A DNA stretch of 64,000 nt, taken from NCBI GenBank assembly GCA_030141605.1, contig JAQGDQ010000057.1, forward strand, positions 248,001 through 312,000, read 5' to 3'. The translations under genes were made by a program, and so were the position numbers. This document shows positions 1 to 35,300 of this stretch, one piece after another. The DNA comes from Tubiluchus corallicola. Taxonomy: Eukaryota > Animalia > Priapulida. The notes under the pieces were generated by a model. That model had not been told where the DNA came from. It did not search any database and saw nothing but the letters and a program-made list of their open reading frames with translations. The number at the start of each line of letters is the position of its first letter. The stretch's first letter is position 1.

Positions 1-440
1 GTTATTAAGTTGCAATCTTTCGAGTGCAAACCTAAGTCTCAATTTGGACATTGTTGACGAAAAACTGCGTGATGTTGTGCCTAGTAATGACCGATTTCTT
101 TCCATGGTCAATCACTTTTTAGGTCATTTAGGACGTACATTTAACTTTTTCCTGAGAAAGCCGTTGATTCTGAACTTGCGTTTTCCTAAGTTACTTTTCT
201 AGTTGCTTGCTTTCTAAAATTTGTTGAATTATATTGTAAGAATTCTTTATTCGGCTGGGCGAAAACTTTCGTAAAAAAGTTTTGAAACGGCCACAGGAAA
301 CCCTTTGTCCCTTGTTCTTGCAAATTTATGAACGTGAAGCCATTTCTCACTTACTGTGATTAAAGCAAACAATGTCTAATTATTTCTTGTTTTTGTTTTA
401 CAATGGAAATTTATGCAGATATTATTCAATTTTAATGTAG

Positions 441-3400
441 GCTGATGATACCGAGAACAACTCGATTGGTGAAACATTAAATTTTATTAAATAATAAGCC
501 TGTGTACTTATTGCTTTAAAAGAACAGTCCAGAAATTATATTCCTAGGAATGTGTGCTCTAGGGCTAGAAGTAAACATTTTTCGGTTAAGATACGTTTAG
601 TGCACGTTCAATAATCAGTGTACATGTTTTTCAATCTCACATTGTTAGAGGAGAGTTGTAATTACTGAAAGAACGACATCGTCTTAAAACAAAACAAAAC
701 TGATTAATTGAAAGTAAAATTTAAAGGCCTACATAATAACAACAGACATTGAAGTTTTTAACGCATTATTATGATTACCCAAAAAATCATGGTTATTTTT
801 ACATAAAAGAAACTTATAAATTAAACAGCTTACTTTTTTCTGGCGCGTTTCGAATGCATGCATTGCCGTAAAGATCGCCATGTTTTACGTTTTTGGCGCG
901 AGAATGACGTACGAGGTACAGAAAGCGTCTTTGGTTACCGATGTTTATTTACCGATCTTTGGCGATCTTGTGACTGTACTCATTACGTTATTGATCTCAC
1001 GCAGCGAAAAATGGCAGTTTTTCAAATTTAGTACCGCTAATAATGAACTGATTAAATATCAAAAGAAACGAGTTTTACAGGAAGTGCAACATAAAATAAA
1101 TTAATTATTCGTAGTGAGAGTAGGATTTTAGGTTGTAAAAGCTTAAATTATAGTAAAGGTTTAGTTTGACTTTAAGTATGGCTATTGCAGCATAAACACG
1201 TACTTTCAGATTCTTATCCCTTGTCTGATATACTTGGCACCATGTTTGTCATTGGATGGTGTTGTGTTCTGTGCTATGCGATCGTTTTATATATCTTCAA
1301 GAAGTACATATTTCATAGTGGTGAGTACATATGCTTTTTGGTTGACCATATCTAGCTAAAATTCACAAATTTAACAGAATAAAAAACTGCTATTTTAGTC
1401 TGCTAAATAATAGTAATAGTGATGATGATAAAAACAAAGAGAGTGGTAACAACGACAACAGCAACTGCAACAGCTATTGCACAGAATTTCTGGACTGAAA
1501 TGTCACTTTAATCTTGCTAGGCAGTTTACTTAGAAGGACCATCCGTGTGAATTAACGCCAACACATATTGTGCGTTGTAAATCGTCACAATGCACTGACA
1601 TCGCAATAGTAAATGTGAATGTAAATCTGTGAACACATCAGTGAATGTGCATCAGTGAACTCACTTAAGTCACTTTAGTATCTTATAACGAGTGAAGAAC
1701 TTGTGATACGAACATTTTTTCACAGTCAGCTCTCTGTCAGGGTGGCCACCAGGTGGCTTGTATCAATGCAGGTTCTCGAAGTTCTGCGGAATATGCCATC
1801 AGGTGAGTGTGTGGAGATGACTCAAATGACAAAATGGAAGCAGTTCTCTTAATTTGTAGAAAACGTTGTGCAAGCAAACGTTTTCCGAGTCCTTTTTTCG
1901 ATTGAGGGGACCTGGAGATAAGTGAACGTGGAAAGTAGGGAAAGGAACAGAGATCGAGGAACTGAGGCACTAGGACGTATCTAGTAGGTTACTGCTTAGG
2001 ATATGAGGGTAATGGAGGAATGGCGTTGGTGTAATAGAGAAGAAGCAAGCTGAGAGCTGTTGCTAATCAAGTACTTCAAGGATGTTGTCCACAATACAAT
2101 GTAGTCATAATTCGATCAGGCCCTACTGCTCACTCCATTATCAGTATTGCAGCCAGAATTCCCCTTTCAAGTCCGCATTCAGTTTGATGAACCTATGATG
2201 AGGAATATCCAGTGATGTACTAGTGCTGACGAGCAAAAGGTTACAGGACGCAACACCTACTCAGTGAGTTTGGATATTTGTGGAATTAGTCATTGTTAAA
2301 GGAGTCGTTGGTGCTCGAAAAAGGCCAACGAAGAACACGTGAGATAGCATTTGGGGATGTCCAGTCTTCACAAAGACAATTGAACCGCTTAGAACTACGA
2401 AATTATGAAATATCAGCTATTTGATGATAGCTGAGAAACGAGCAGGCTTGGTTGAAGACAGATTCTGTTTGGCTACACAAATTTGGTGTCGCCATTTGTC
2501 GATAATCGCCATGAAAGCGTTTGTTTCACTTCACTTGTTTATTGTTGATAAGCAGCTGTTGTCTTAGAAAGCCAACATATGGCAGACAAGCCAGACAAGT
2601 TCGGTCTGAAGTTCTGGATGGCTGCAGGTGTTCAGAACAAATACATGTTCAACAGCTTCTCATACGTGAGGAAAGATGAAAAGCAGGAAAGGAAACAACA
2701 GTGTACCAATGCACGTTGTTTTGAAGCTTATGGAGCCAGTATTCGTAACCTGTGACGATCATTTCACCTCACTGGATCTTGCTCAAAAACTTGCCAAAAA
2801 GACAGTCTTCTGAGCACTATCCGTCAAAACTGTAGTAAGCTACCCAAGGCCGCAAAGGCACGCTAAGTGTTGCATTCTACAAGAGCATTCAGGCATGCTT
2901 TAGAAAGTTTGACAACAGTTTTGATAGCCAATAACTAGTGCAAGTCATCAAGAAAGTACTATGCATAGTACTATGCAACTACGAAGTGCAGAAATTGTAC
3001 CACTGACAGCTGCAGCATCTGGGGGAACGTGGTATGTGGAAAGTGTAAAAACAAACGCTGCCCTACTCGTACTGTGTAAATTGTTTCAATTGTACACTCC
3101 ATATCTCGGTTTGCCGGATCTCGCTTTTAGAAGAATCAGAAGAATCAGACCCAGTCCGTTGTTTCGTGAGCTGGCAATTAGTTGGCAGGCCGTCACTTTG
3201 TTTACATCATTACATCAGTGTAACCACGTGCATATCTCTATAAGATAAAAACATAGAGTGAATTATGCGGAGTTATTTGAGTCAATTGCCGATAGTTTTT
3301 ATACACTTTTGCTTAGGACCTTCTAGACGTTTTTGAGACATTTAGGCGTTTGACTCTACATTCCCGTGAGTCTAATACACGGCGCCTACTGTATTAGCAT

Positions 3401-4864
3401 AGTATCGGTGAATACGGACAGACAACAAATTTGGACCGATGTCACTTTTGTCCAGCAAACCACGATACGAGTATATGGATTCAGTTAATATTCTGATGTA
3501 TCATTAAAATTTCAGTACAATTGAATTATAAGTATTAGTCTTATTTTTGTATAGGGATGAAAACTATGATTAATGTCAATTGATGCTTGCTGGTGCTTCT
3601 TGGTAGTATACTTTTACAGTCCTAATAGATGGTGGTTGTGCAAGCAGATTCGGCTTTCCAGTTAAGTTGATAATCTAGTTAATCATCAAAATCGTGTCAG
3701 ATTTTCTTGCTGAGCTGCTTTGAATTTTCTGACCATTGGAAGGTTCAGTTGTACAATATCACTTGCTTTTGTTACCTGTCTAGTTCCTTTTTACTTTCAG
3801 ATGTGGATGAAGAAGATCCCAACTTCCCACTGCCTGTTAGGTACTTGATCTTTATATTGTTATGTAATTTCAATTTTAATAATTTTCTATTTAAAATGTA
3901 GGTTTTATTTCTAAGCAGATGACTGAATCCCAAATACCCAATCCTCTGCTGTATTGACGATTTTATGTACATAATTAATAGGATTCAATGGCTAAAATTA
4001 TCTTTCGTGAAATATCAATAGAAATTAGAAAATCGTGGATTTTGCTTCTTTATTCAACACCGAAAAATTGCGCAATAACAGGCATTCGAAGAATTGATAA
4101 AACTGTTCACTGTAAAGAAAGGAAAATTACGTTTACTATAGAAATAATTTTAATGGCAAGAACTGGAAGTCCGCCACCACATTCCACATGTTATCACTTA
4201 AAGTCAAACTAGACCCTCACTATAATATAAGCCTTTACAACTTATAATTCTACTCCCATTACGAGTATCCAATTTATTTTATTATAAACTTGCTGTAAAA
4301 CTTGTTTCTTTTGATTTTCTATCACTTCGTTGCTAGCGGTATTAAAAGTATTTGAAGAACCCCCATTTTTCATTGTGAAAGACGAATGAGTACAGCCACG
4401 AAATCACGAAAGACCGGTAAACAAACACCGGTAACCAGAAAGACTTTCTGTACCTCGTACGTCATTCTCGCTCACTCGCGCTAAAGACGTGAGACATGGC
4501 GATTTTTTACGGCAATGCATGCGTTCGAAATTCGCCAGAAAAAGGTAAGCTATTTAATTTATAAGTCTCTTTTGTTTAATAATAACTATGAACTCTTCAT
4601 GTAATCATAATAATGCGTTAAAAAATTCAATGTGTGTTGGAGTTATAATGGCCTTTAAAATTTGTATTCTACTGTCAACATATTGTTTATTTATTTTTCG
4701 CTTTCAGCCAATACAGTTCGGTTAATAGCAGTCTTCGCAGGTCAGAAACTTGGCCAAAACTCCTCAATAGCTTCCCGGACCTGACTACTGATCCAACTAA
4801 AACACATGGTTTGAAGATGCCTGGTTTCGCTAAGAAAAAGAAGACATCCATGCTTTCGTTATAA
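441..4864 (+). CDS. 3' part of an unknown single-pass transmembrane protein gene (5' end outside window); exons 441-468, 1210-1320, 3801-3840, 4708-4864
   Basis: Four AG/GT-bounded exons splice in phase to ADDTENNSI-DSYPLSDILGTMFVIGWCCVLCYAIVLYIFKKYIFHS-DVDEEDPNFPLPV-SQYSSVNSSLRRSETWPKLL...KKKKTSMLSL*. Exon 1210-1320 encodes a hydrophobic TM helix followed by KK. The 441-468 exon is the least certain. Confidence 0.7.
725..1171 (-). mobile_element. Non-autonomous DNA transposon flanked by TTAA (Kolobok-like), copy 1
   Basis: About 450 bp, reverse complement of 4202-4654. TTAA at both ends (721-724, 1172-1175). AG termini with weak TIRs. Superfamily is inferred from the TTAA flanks and AG ends. 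Confidence 0.65.
2150..3170 (+). mobile_element. Degraded piggyBac transposase relic (intronic)
   Basis: Broken frames give IVDKQLL (~2541), MADKPDKFGLKFWMAAGVQNKYMFN (~2579) and VTCDDHFTSLDLAQKL (~2745), which match piggyBac DDD-domain motifs. Boundaries approximate. Confidence 0.75.
4202..4654 (+). mobile_element. Non-autonomous DNA transposon flanked by TTAA (Kolobok-like), copy 2
   Basis: ttaa-AGTCAAACTA...ATGGCCT-ttaa; homologous to 725-1171 (inverted), ~57140-57530 and 62685-63122. Confidence 0.65.
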
Positions 4865-5339
4865 ATCTCAATCATTCCTAATGTTAATTGACTTACACTA
4901 AAAATATTTTCGTTTTGTAACAATTTTGAAAGAAGCAGGTAGGCCTAGATCATAATCAATGAATTTAATAATAAACTTATTTCGACACTGTTGTTGTTGG
5001 GTGCTAGAAGGTGAAGTGAGTCATATAGTTAAACTGAAAGCCATGCAGAGATTGGATCATAACGAAATCACTTATTTTGGTTTGTTTTTGAATATGTGAG
5101 TATCTGCATCTATGTACCGAGGCAATGACACCGCGACAGGACGATGCGCTAGTTGGGACAAAGAAGAGAACATTTTCCTGTTTTTACTACTTTAAATATT
5201 TTACACTACCAGGATGTTTAACACACAATTTTAAAACTGCTGTTTCAATTTGTCAACTCATGAAAATACAGTTGCAAATTAAAAATACTGCTGTTTACGT
5301 AGAAGGTGAACAGCCGAGTGTTACTATGTGTGCATAATG

Positions 5340-5393
5340 TCAGCCAAGTTAAGCAATGCCACAGCCGGGCAGTACATAATTGGATAGGTGACT
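5340..5393 (+). repeat. Degenerate 5S rRNA-derived fragment (A box to C box), probable old SINE3 head
   Basis: tcagccaagttaagcaatgccacagccgggcagtacataattggataggtgac resembles 5S TCACCGAAGTTAAGCAAC...TTAGTACTTGGATGGGTGACC. A weaker second fragment lies at ~6205-6244. Confidence 0.5.
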
Positions 5394-6780
5394 GTTAAGA
5401 TTAATGCACATAAGCCGTTTTCTGGTTGTTTACCTTATTGCAGAAGAACTTATCCTCATCGGGACGTGACTAAAAATCTTTGTCAGTTCAGCGTTTCATC
5501 TTAGAGGATTAGCTTTGATAACGAGCTAAATTCCGCTACCATTTTTTAAGTCTCTCAGGTGGGAAGCATGCACGCTGCCATTGAGCTACGCCACCCAGTA
5601 CCATTCCAATGTATGGACCAAACACATATTTTATAATCTTATTGTAATTCAGCTTATTATTGTTTAGCTTAGCTTAAGCGTAAACATACAACAGCACCTC
5701 CTCTTCTCGGACGGCAATGTCACCTCACTGCCGATGTTATGAACGGACAGCAGTCCAATATTCTGCAAAAAAAGCGAATCCATGACAACAGCAACTTACT
5801 TTATACTTAATTTAATACACTGACTAAGTCATGTTACGCATTCTTTACAATGTCTAGGCATTATACAAAAAAACGTAGGAAAATTATACTCATTTTATTC
5901 TTTGCCATAGCTACTGTTTGAATTCTCTATAGGTCCAGCTGTTACACAAAACGTTTAGGAAAAGCGCGAAAAAACTGAAATAAAAAGACATAGATGCCTA
6001 GAAATTATATACAATGTTCAAATTTTACTCATTGCCTGAAACTTACCATGAAGATGCTACATCAACGAGATGTTTGTAACTCCTTACTTTAGCTAAAACT
6101 TCGGATAAGTGGACTGAGTTTTTACCATTAACAGTTTATATTATATTGTAACACTTGAATATTATATTATTATTATAATAATATCATATTTACAAGTACT
6201 TTGCAAGCAATGCCGAGGCTGGTCAGTGACTGGATAGTTGGCCCACGTTCAATGCTCGCTTTCGGAAGCTGGTTTTGTTACTGATGAGGACTTGAAGGAG
6301 GATGTATTCACAGCCGGCGAGAGACATCCCAGACAAAAGAAACATACGTACAAATGCAATACGTGTGTACATCAAGGAATTAATATACAAACTCATTCGA
6401 AAATTTAGTACTTAATTACTTAGTACTGTACAATGTCCATATAAAGTGTTTTAACTCGAAAATAAAATTTATAATTTGGAAAAATTCGTCATTACTCTTA
6501 ATAGGCACTTCTTATCACACTATAAGATGTAACTTGAAATGACTTTACGTCACGTGACTTGTCTAATAACTTCGCGAGTGAAATTTAATCTCGAGCTTAT
6601 AAACTTCATTGCTGAGGAACAATACTGTGACAGAATACATGAACGATGTAATAAGACATAACTGACTTGCAATGAGCTTACGCTACTGAAAAGTAAAAGC
6701 CTTCGCGAGAACTTCATGTCACATTCAGCAGGTTCTACAAAGTTCTGCGCTGTGATGCGTGGTCTTCTTGCTGAGAATAC

Positions 6781-29532
<22,752 letters not shown>

Positions 29533-29889
29533 TATCGAACAGCTAGCAAAACATTTACAACACTATGATAATGAAACGAGTGATTTCTAACCAGAATAAA
29601 ACTATAAAACAAGACTGCCCTAAATAGTAAAACTCACTGGGTGCAGCGGCAGTTGTTTTTCATTAATGATAAGAACGCATTGTTTATTGTGAAAACAATT
29701 AGATTTTGCTAATTTCCCTTGTCAACCACCTAACAGTATTGCTGGCATTATCTGGTGTGCTTGCAATGGATAAATTTCCACCGCTACAGTTAATATTAAA
29801 TGAACTGTAGTTGAAACAATTAGTAAAACACACTTACCATCTATTAGCAGCCGTGTCCGATCTATGTAGGCTTTAGATACTTAATCGTA

Positions 29890-31210
29890 CATTAATAAGG
29901 AGAGATGGATGGAACAATAAGAAAGGTGGAGGGGTTGCGATGTATATACATAGACATTTTTTATTTATTTCCTAATTAACACCAAAATTACAAAATAAAC
30001 AATAAGTACTATCGTATATTAATAATTGCGATAAGTAAATATATTTATAATATAAGGACCAGTTGGTCATAAAGTCAGCTACCCTTCTCAAATGAATGGA
30101 AATTATAAAAAGATTTTACAACGTTGCTGTCTCATTATTAATTAGAGTAGAGCAAGCACAAATTATGTATGAAAGACGAGGTAACTACATAGAGAAACAT
30201 GGTAAGGCAACAATGTAATAAAATGAAAATGTGCAATGGTACTCGAATATCTGTAAATTATATAAATAACTGATTAAACTATAAAGTAAGGGAACCAAAT
30301 TAAACCAAAGAAGAAAGTAAATTATAATTGAAGAATCAATAATGGAAAACAAAATATGCATGACAAAAGGAAACTAAATATAATGGAACGAATTAATGCA
30401 ATGGTATTCTATCAAAAGAACATAACTAAAAAAACCATAACCATTGCAAAAAATGAAAAATCAGTTTAATAATCTTAATAAATGCTTACAAAATAAACAT
30501 ATGCAACAACAATGTAAAAACGCAACAAATACTAAAGAAAAATGGAAAATAATTAACAATGTAATAAATAAACTCCCTAACAAACTAAGGCGTATTAACA
30601 AAATTAAAATCAACAACACTGTTATTACAAAACCAAAACATATTGCCAACGTGCTAAATGCAACGTTCTTGAATCTAACAAATTTTAGGGTAGTGACTTC
30701 TCAAATTAGCAATAAATTAATTCAAAAATTATAAAAACAAATCGACTAACACATTATTCTCATTCACAAACATCACAGTATGAAAAAATATGGACATATT
30801 AAATAATCTGAATTCTAACAAAGCCAGTGGACCATCTGATATTACCTCCTATCAAAATTCCAAAAGATCATCTGTCATAGCCCCGCATATGTTAATCAGA
30901 TAACTATGAGAGGCAAATTTTCTGCTGTAAGAAAATGGCAAACGTCACTCCAATCCACGAAAAAATTCAAAATATATGACCAAATGAATTATCGCCCAAT
31001 TTCCAAAATACACTGTTTTTCCAAAGTTTGGGAAAGAATTTACACGTAAAAAACATAAACTTCTATCAAAACGTCAGTTTGGCTTCTGTAAACAAGATTG
31101 ACGCCCTAATAATGCACGCTACAGAAAATTGGAGACATAGCTTACACAACAAACAATACATTTTAGAGGTTTTTTGGATTTAAGTAAAGTGTTCGATAGC
31201 TTTACACGAA
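29890..31210 (+). mobile_element. Degraded CR1/L2-group LINE relic
   Basis: KKGGGVAMYI (~29920), NSNKASGPSDI (~30810), KMANVTPIH, NYRPISKI, RQFGFCK and FLDLSKVFD, with frameshifts. Confidence 0.7.
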
Positions 31211-32389
31211 ATTAACACTATTGTTTTTAATGAAACATGAAAAAATAAAATGTTCTATATTTTCTTTAAGTTAAACAATGTATGAAAACGTGAAAATTAG
31301 AATTATGTAACTAGAAAAACATTCAAAATTTTAGTAATTCAAAATCTTTGCACCACCTGGTGAAACGTCACTACTGACTAGGTAAAAACATATTTAATCT
31401 TATTCACAAGATTAAGTAATTTAAACTTTTGCTTAATCAGTGAAGAGTGTGCTGCGAATGGTTTCTTCATAAAATTATCTAATACAAGCTGATTGTTAGT
31501 AAAAACTTTTGGCGGTTCTAAAATTTATTACAAATGAACACGTATTTTACTAATTGTATCATTTTTCCTACTTTCAATTTGTGCCAGATTAGATTAGATT
31601 TACATTAGATTTATTACATACAATGCCAATGTGTACATGCACATACACAACAATATGTAACATGCAAAGTTTATAAATCATCAGCACATGAAGGCACAAC
31701 ATGACAACATCATAACAAAACTTGTGCAGTGTTAACCTAATAAATGGCATGAATGGACACAAAAAAGATAATTTAAAGAAAAAGTTTTAATGAAAACACA
31801 AAACTCTTTAAATAAATATAACTGGCTAAACAGCATTTTCATATGAAGAGTAATTTCGTTGTGAACACATAAAAAGATGGCCAGGCTTTAGCCAGATAGT
31901 CAATTATAAGCCTTGGTTAATTTTATGTATAAATTAGTAATATTATCAATTTAATAATAGCCCCTGGTGAAGGCCTTTTTATACCGAAACGTGTCGGAAT
32001 CACTAAATTTCTGCGTTTGTATTATTTTTTGTCATATTGATAATTTGATACGGATGCAAACACGCCAGAGCGCCCGGTCGAAGAAAACTACTAATTTTAG
32101 CTATGAGTATTGCGCACTATGCGCAGATCTGTCTAGTTGCGCTCTGGAATCGAGTTTTGTTTTTGTTGTTGGTATTGGAAACGTAAAAGATGTTTTTGTG
32201 TGACCCCAGTCGCCCTATTAATATTTTGCATTTGTTTTTGTTAAAATTAGTTATTGTATTAAATTTAACTATGAACAATTCATCGTGATATTGTATGCCG
32301 TGTCTGATAAATTTGTCCTATCGCGAGCTACACTCGTGTGAATTTATAAGTAAATTCCTGTGCTAAGAATGACCAGGTAAAATCTTCAA

Positions 32390-35300
32390 ATGGCAGAATC
32401 TAACGCTGAAATAGGAGCAACAGAAACCGTAGAATTGGAAGATGGCGGACCAGGTGCTGTATATCAAATTTTCGTTACAATGGAGGAACTTCTTGACAAG
32501 CTGAAGTTACTGAATTATGATGCTGAAGTAACAAAAAACAGACACATCGGTTTAAAACCCATATCCAGGTAACAAGGCGTACTATAGAATTTACAAATTC
32601 ACATGTCTACTGAGGCGTATTCTTTACGAATATTTAGTGTGTAATCAGTAATTAATATGCTTATATTTGTAGGCATTACTTTGTAATCCAGACAAATCCC
32701 GGTGAGCAGTTTTTTATGTTTGTGTCAATAGCAGCTATGTTGATACGAATGTGTGGGAAGCGCTTTGCTCAACCATCAGAGGTGAGTTTCTCCGTAAAGA
32801 TAAACGAATAACTGCATACAATTAAATGTTTTTATTGTTTAAAGTAACAGTACCTAAAATTTTTTATTACTAGGATTTTTATGTATATTGGCTATGACTT
32901 TCACTTATGTACTTGCATTATGTACTTAATAATTGATAGTGCAATGCAAACTATTCAGTGTTAGTCTACAAAACATGCAAACCTTAACTGAGGTGTACGG
33001 CATTACAAGGTTTGTATCATGGTAGTATCATATCATGACCTAGGTGTACCGTTACAGCCCTAACTGAATGTAGCTAGGCCTACTGTAGGTTATGATCACT
33101 CATTTTATTCATGTATGCAGGTTGGAGTAGTATTGATTAATTTAAAAATTATATTTGAACTGAAAGAAAAACTTACATGAAAAATTATTGTGAAACACAA
33201 AAATTAGTATCAACATAGAAGAATAATAACTGACCTCATATAGTAATTACATTATGTATTGTAATTGTATTGCACACAATTTTTGACAAAAGCATCGGCA
33301 ACACAGAAGGTTTATGTACAGATTACGTCATTCTTGTACATTCTGGCATACATTAGTAACAGATAGGTAACCTTAGTTACTTTGCATAGAGCCTCTCCTA
33401 TCACATTATTAATAGGCTAGTTCCAAAGGTATTATAATTTTCTCAAAAGGATTTGCTTCTTTAAAGTTGACTTTCGGCTCGTTAGAAGTGGAAAACTGGA
33501 ATGACTATGTGCCAGTGTGACATTGTTTAGTAAGTTTCAAATAATTATATGGCTTTCAAAAGTTTCTCATTAAATTGTTAGTAGGGATGTTACCTAAACT
33601 GAATTTACAAACCGAAACCGAAATTTATGAAACATAGGAAACAGAAATGAAACCGAACCGGAACATTTTTGCAAAAGCAACTACTATTTAAACTGAAAAA
33701 AAGAAAATTCTGAAATATGTAAAATATTTTGTTTTTTTGTTTGTTTGCTTTTATTTACTGCTAAAAAATTCAAATACAGAAAGTACAAGGAGGTTTTATA
33801 GTATAGAACCTCAAGTTTGATGGAGTGACTTACCTTAGAAAATCCTTTTTGGATCGGTTTCCTTTAATCTTGTTGTAATCCTTTTGGATCAAGTATTCTT
33901 AATGACTAATGTTTAAAGATCATAATGCTTCATCAAACATTAAACAAAATTTATTTTCTAAATATTTTGTAGCCTATTTTTCGTAAATTATAAAATTAAA
34001 ACGTGGTTTGGTAATTCGGTTGATTGGGCCTGAAGACTAAAACTTCGCAGTCAGCACTGAAGATACGGCACATTGCTGGTAAAAGCACTTAACAAGCTGT
34101 TATGTAACAAAATTTTCACTTTATTTGAACTAATTTAACCGAGATTTTTCAGTCGTTTTTGACTTCTAAGAGAAAAGAATAGTTGTTGTTGTTGGCATCC
34201 TTCTGTCTCGGAAGACAATGGAGTGTGCGCCAAGAGAGTCAGTTATTGATCACATTGATGGAGCTGCAGCGTCGACTGTGGCTGAGCAGTCCGATCCTTG
34301 AACCACTGGAGTGGCCTCTCCAGGGCGCACACCTGGGCAAGGTGTATGAAGATCCCGAGTTGCCTAGACAACAGGAACCCACTCTCTTCCTCCCTGGTGT
34401 AGTCCAAAGGAAAGCGGAGCAATACGTTTGGCACCAGGTTGGCTGCAGGAGCTGCCGGAGTCAGTGAACATGCTGCACTGGTTCGCCTTCGGGGCTCCAC
34501 TCCTGATTTGGAAGGTTTACTCCTCTACATGTGGCCGTTGGGTCACTTGACCTCCTCCGCCCCCTCTAGCCGTTTGCTGCTTGTGCAGCTCCTCCGCCGA
34601 GTATCGAGATACAGTGTGGGCATTCCGCAAGCCTATAGCACCTGGTATTCCTCGGCGGTCACCCATCCAAGTACTAACCAGGTTCTATGTTGCTTAACTT
34701 TGGTGATCAGACGAGAACCGGTGTTTTCAACGTGATATGGCCGTAGAGAAAAGAAAAGTAAATTGGATAAATACTAGTAAAACCTCGAAAAAATGATACC
34801 GAAACCGAAAGTGCAATTATCGGAAAACCGAAATGAAAATTTCGTTTTGGTAACATCTCTGTTTGGTAGTAAAAATTTCCTACGTTTTAGGATGATGATC
34901 CAAACAATCTTGTTGCAGACATACTGGCTGAGCTCAGGAATTTGGTAAGTTATTATTATTATTATTATTATTATTGATTTTATTTCAGAAATTTAAGGTC
35001 CATAAAACAAAAATAAAAATACAGTACAACTAAAAATGTACAGAGTTAGTTTACAGAAATATACAAGAAAGAGTTAGTTAGAATGGACACATGAAATTCT
35101 TTCCCACGTCTTAAAAATGTTCGATCTAATAAATTTATCACTATTACACAGCAAGTCATATCACTATTACACACTGAAAAACAGCTTACTTCTGAACTAA
35201 ATGCAGCTTTCCTACATATACAGGAAAAATGTGGTACATTGTAGCTAACATGCATTTGGCTTGCGCTATTGCAACTAGGAAGATTAAAGAATTCTCTAAT

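Larger units (their letters stand above)
33582..34861. mobile_element. hAT-like non-autonomous element in IFT57 intron 2, host of the 5S-RTE SINE
   Basis: TIRs TAGGGATGTTACC / GGTAACATCTCTG; degenerate 8-bp TSD ATTGTTAG/TTTGGTAG; AAACCGAA subterminal repeats at both ends. Confidence 0.7.

Noticed and set aside
3775-3832. Minus-strand exon GSGKLGSSSSTSESKKELDR
   Set aside because: The + strand exon at 3801-3840 has a better polypyrimidine tract and fits the phase chain; the minus gene already stops at 6781.
5695-5763. Alternative terminal exon of the Ig gene (EYWTAVRS*)
   Set aside because: Plausible acceptor, but nothing else supports it without transcript data.
32165-32185. RFX X-box upstream of IFT57 (gttggtattggaaac)
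   Set aside because: Only one half-site fits the consensus; too weak to call.
34629-34746. Functional 5S rRNA gene
   Set aside because: No oligo-T terminator, several stem-disrupting changes, and it sits within one TSD-flanked unit with RTE sequence.
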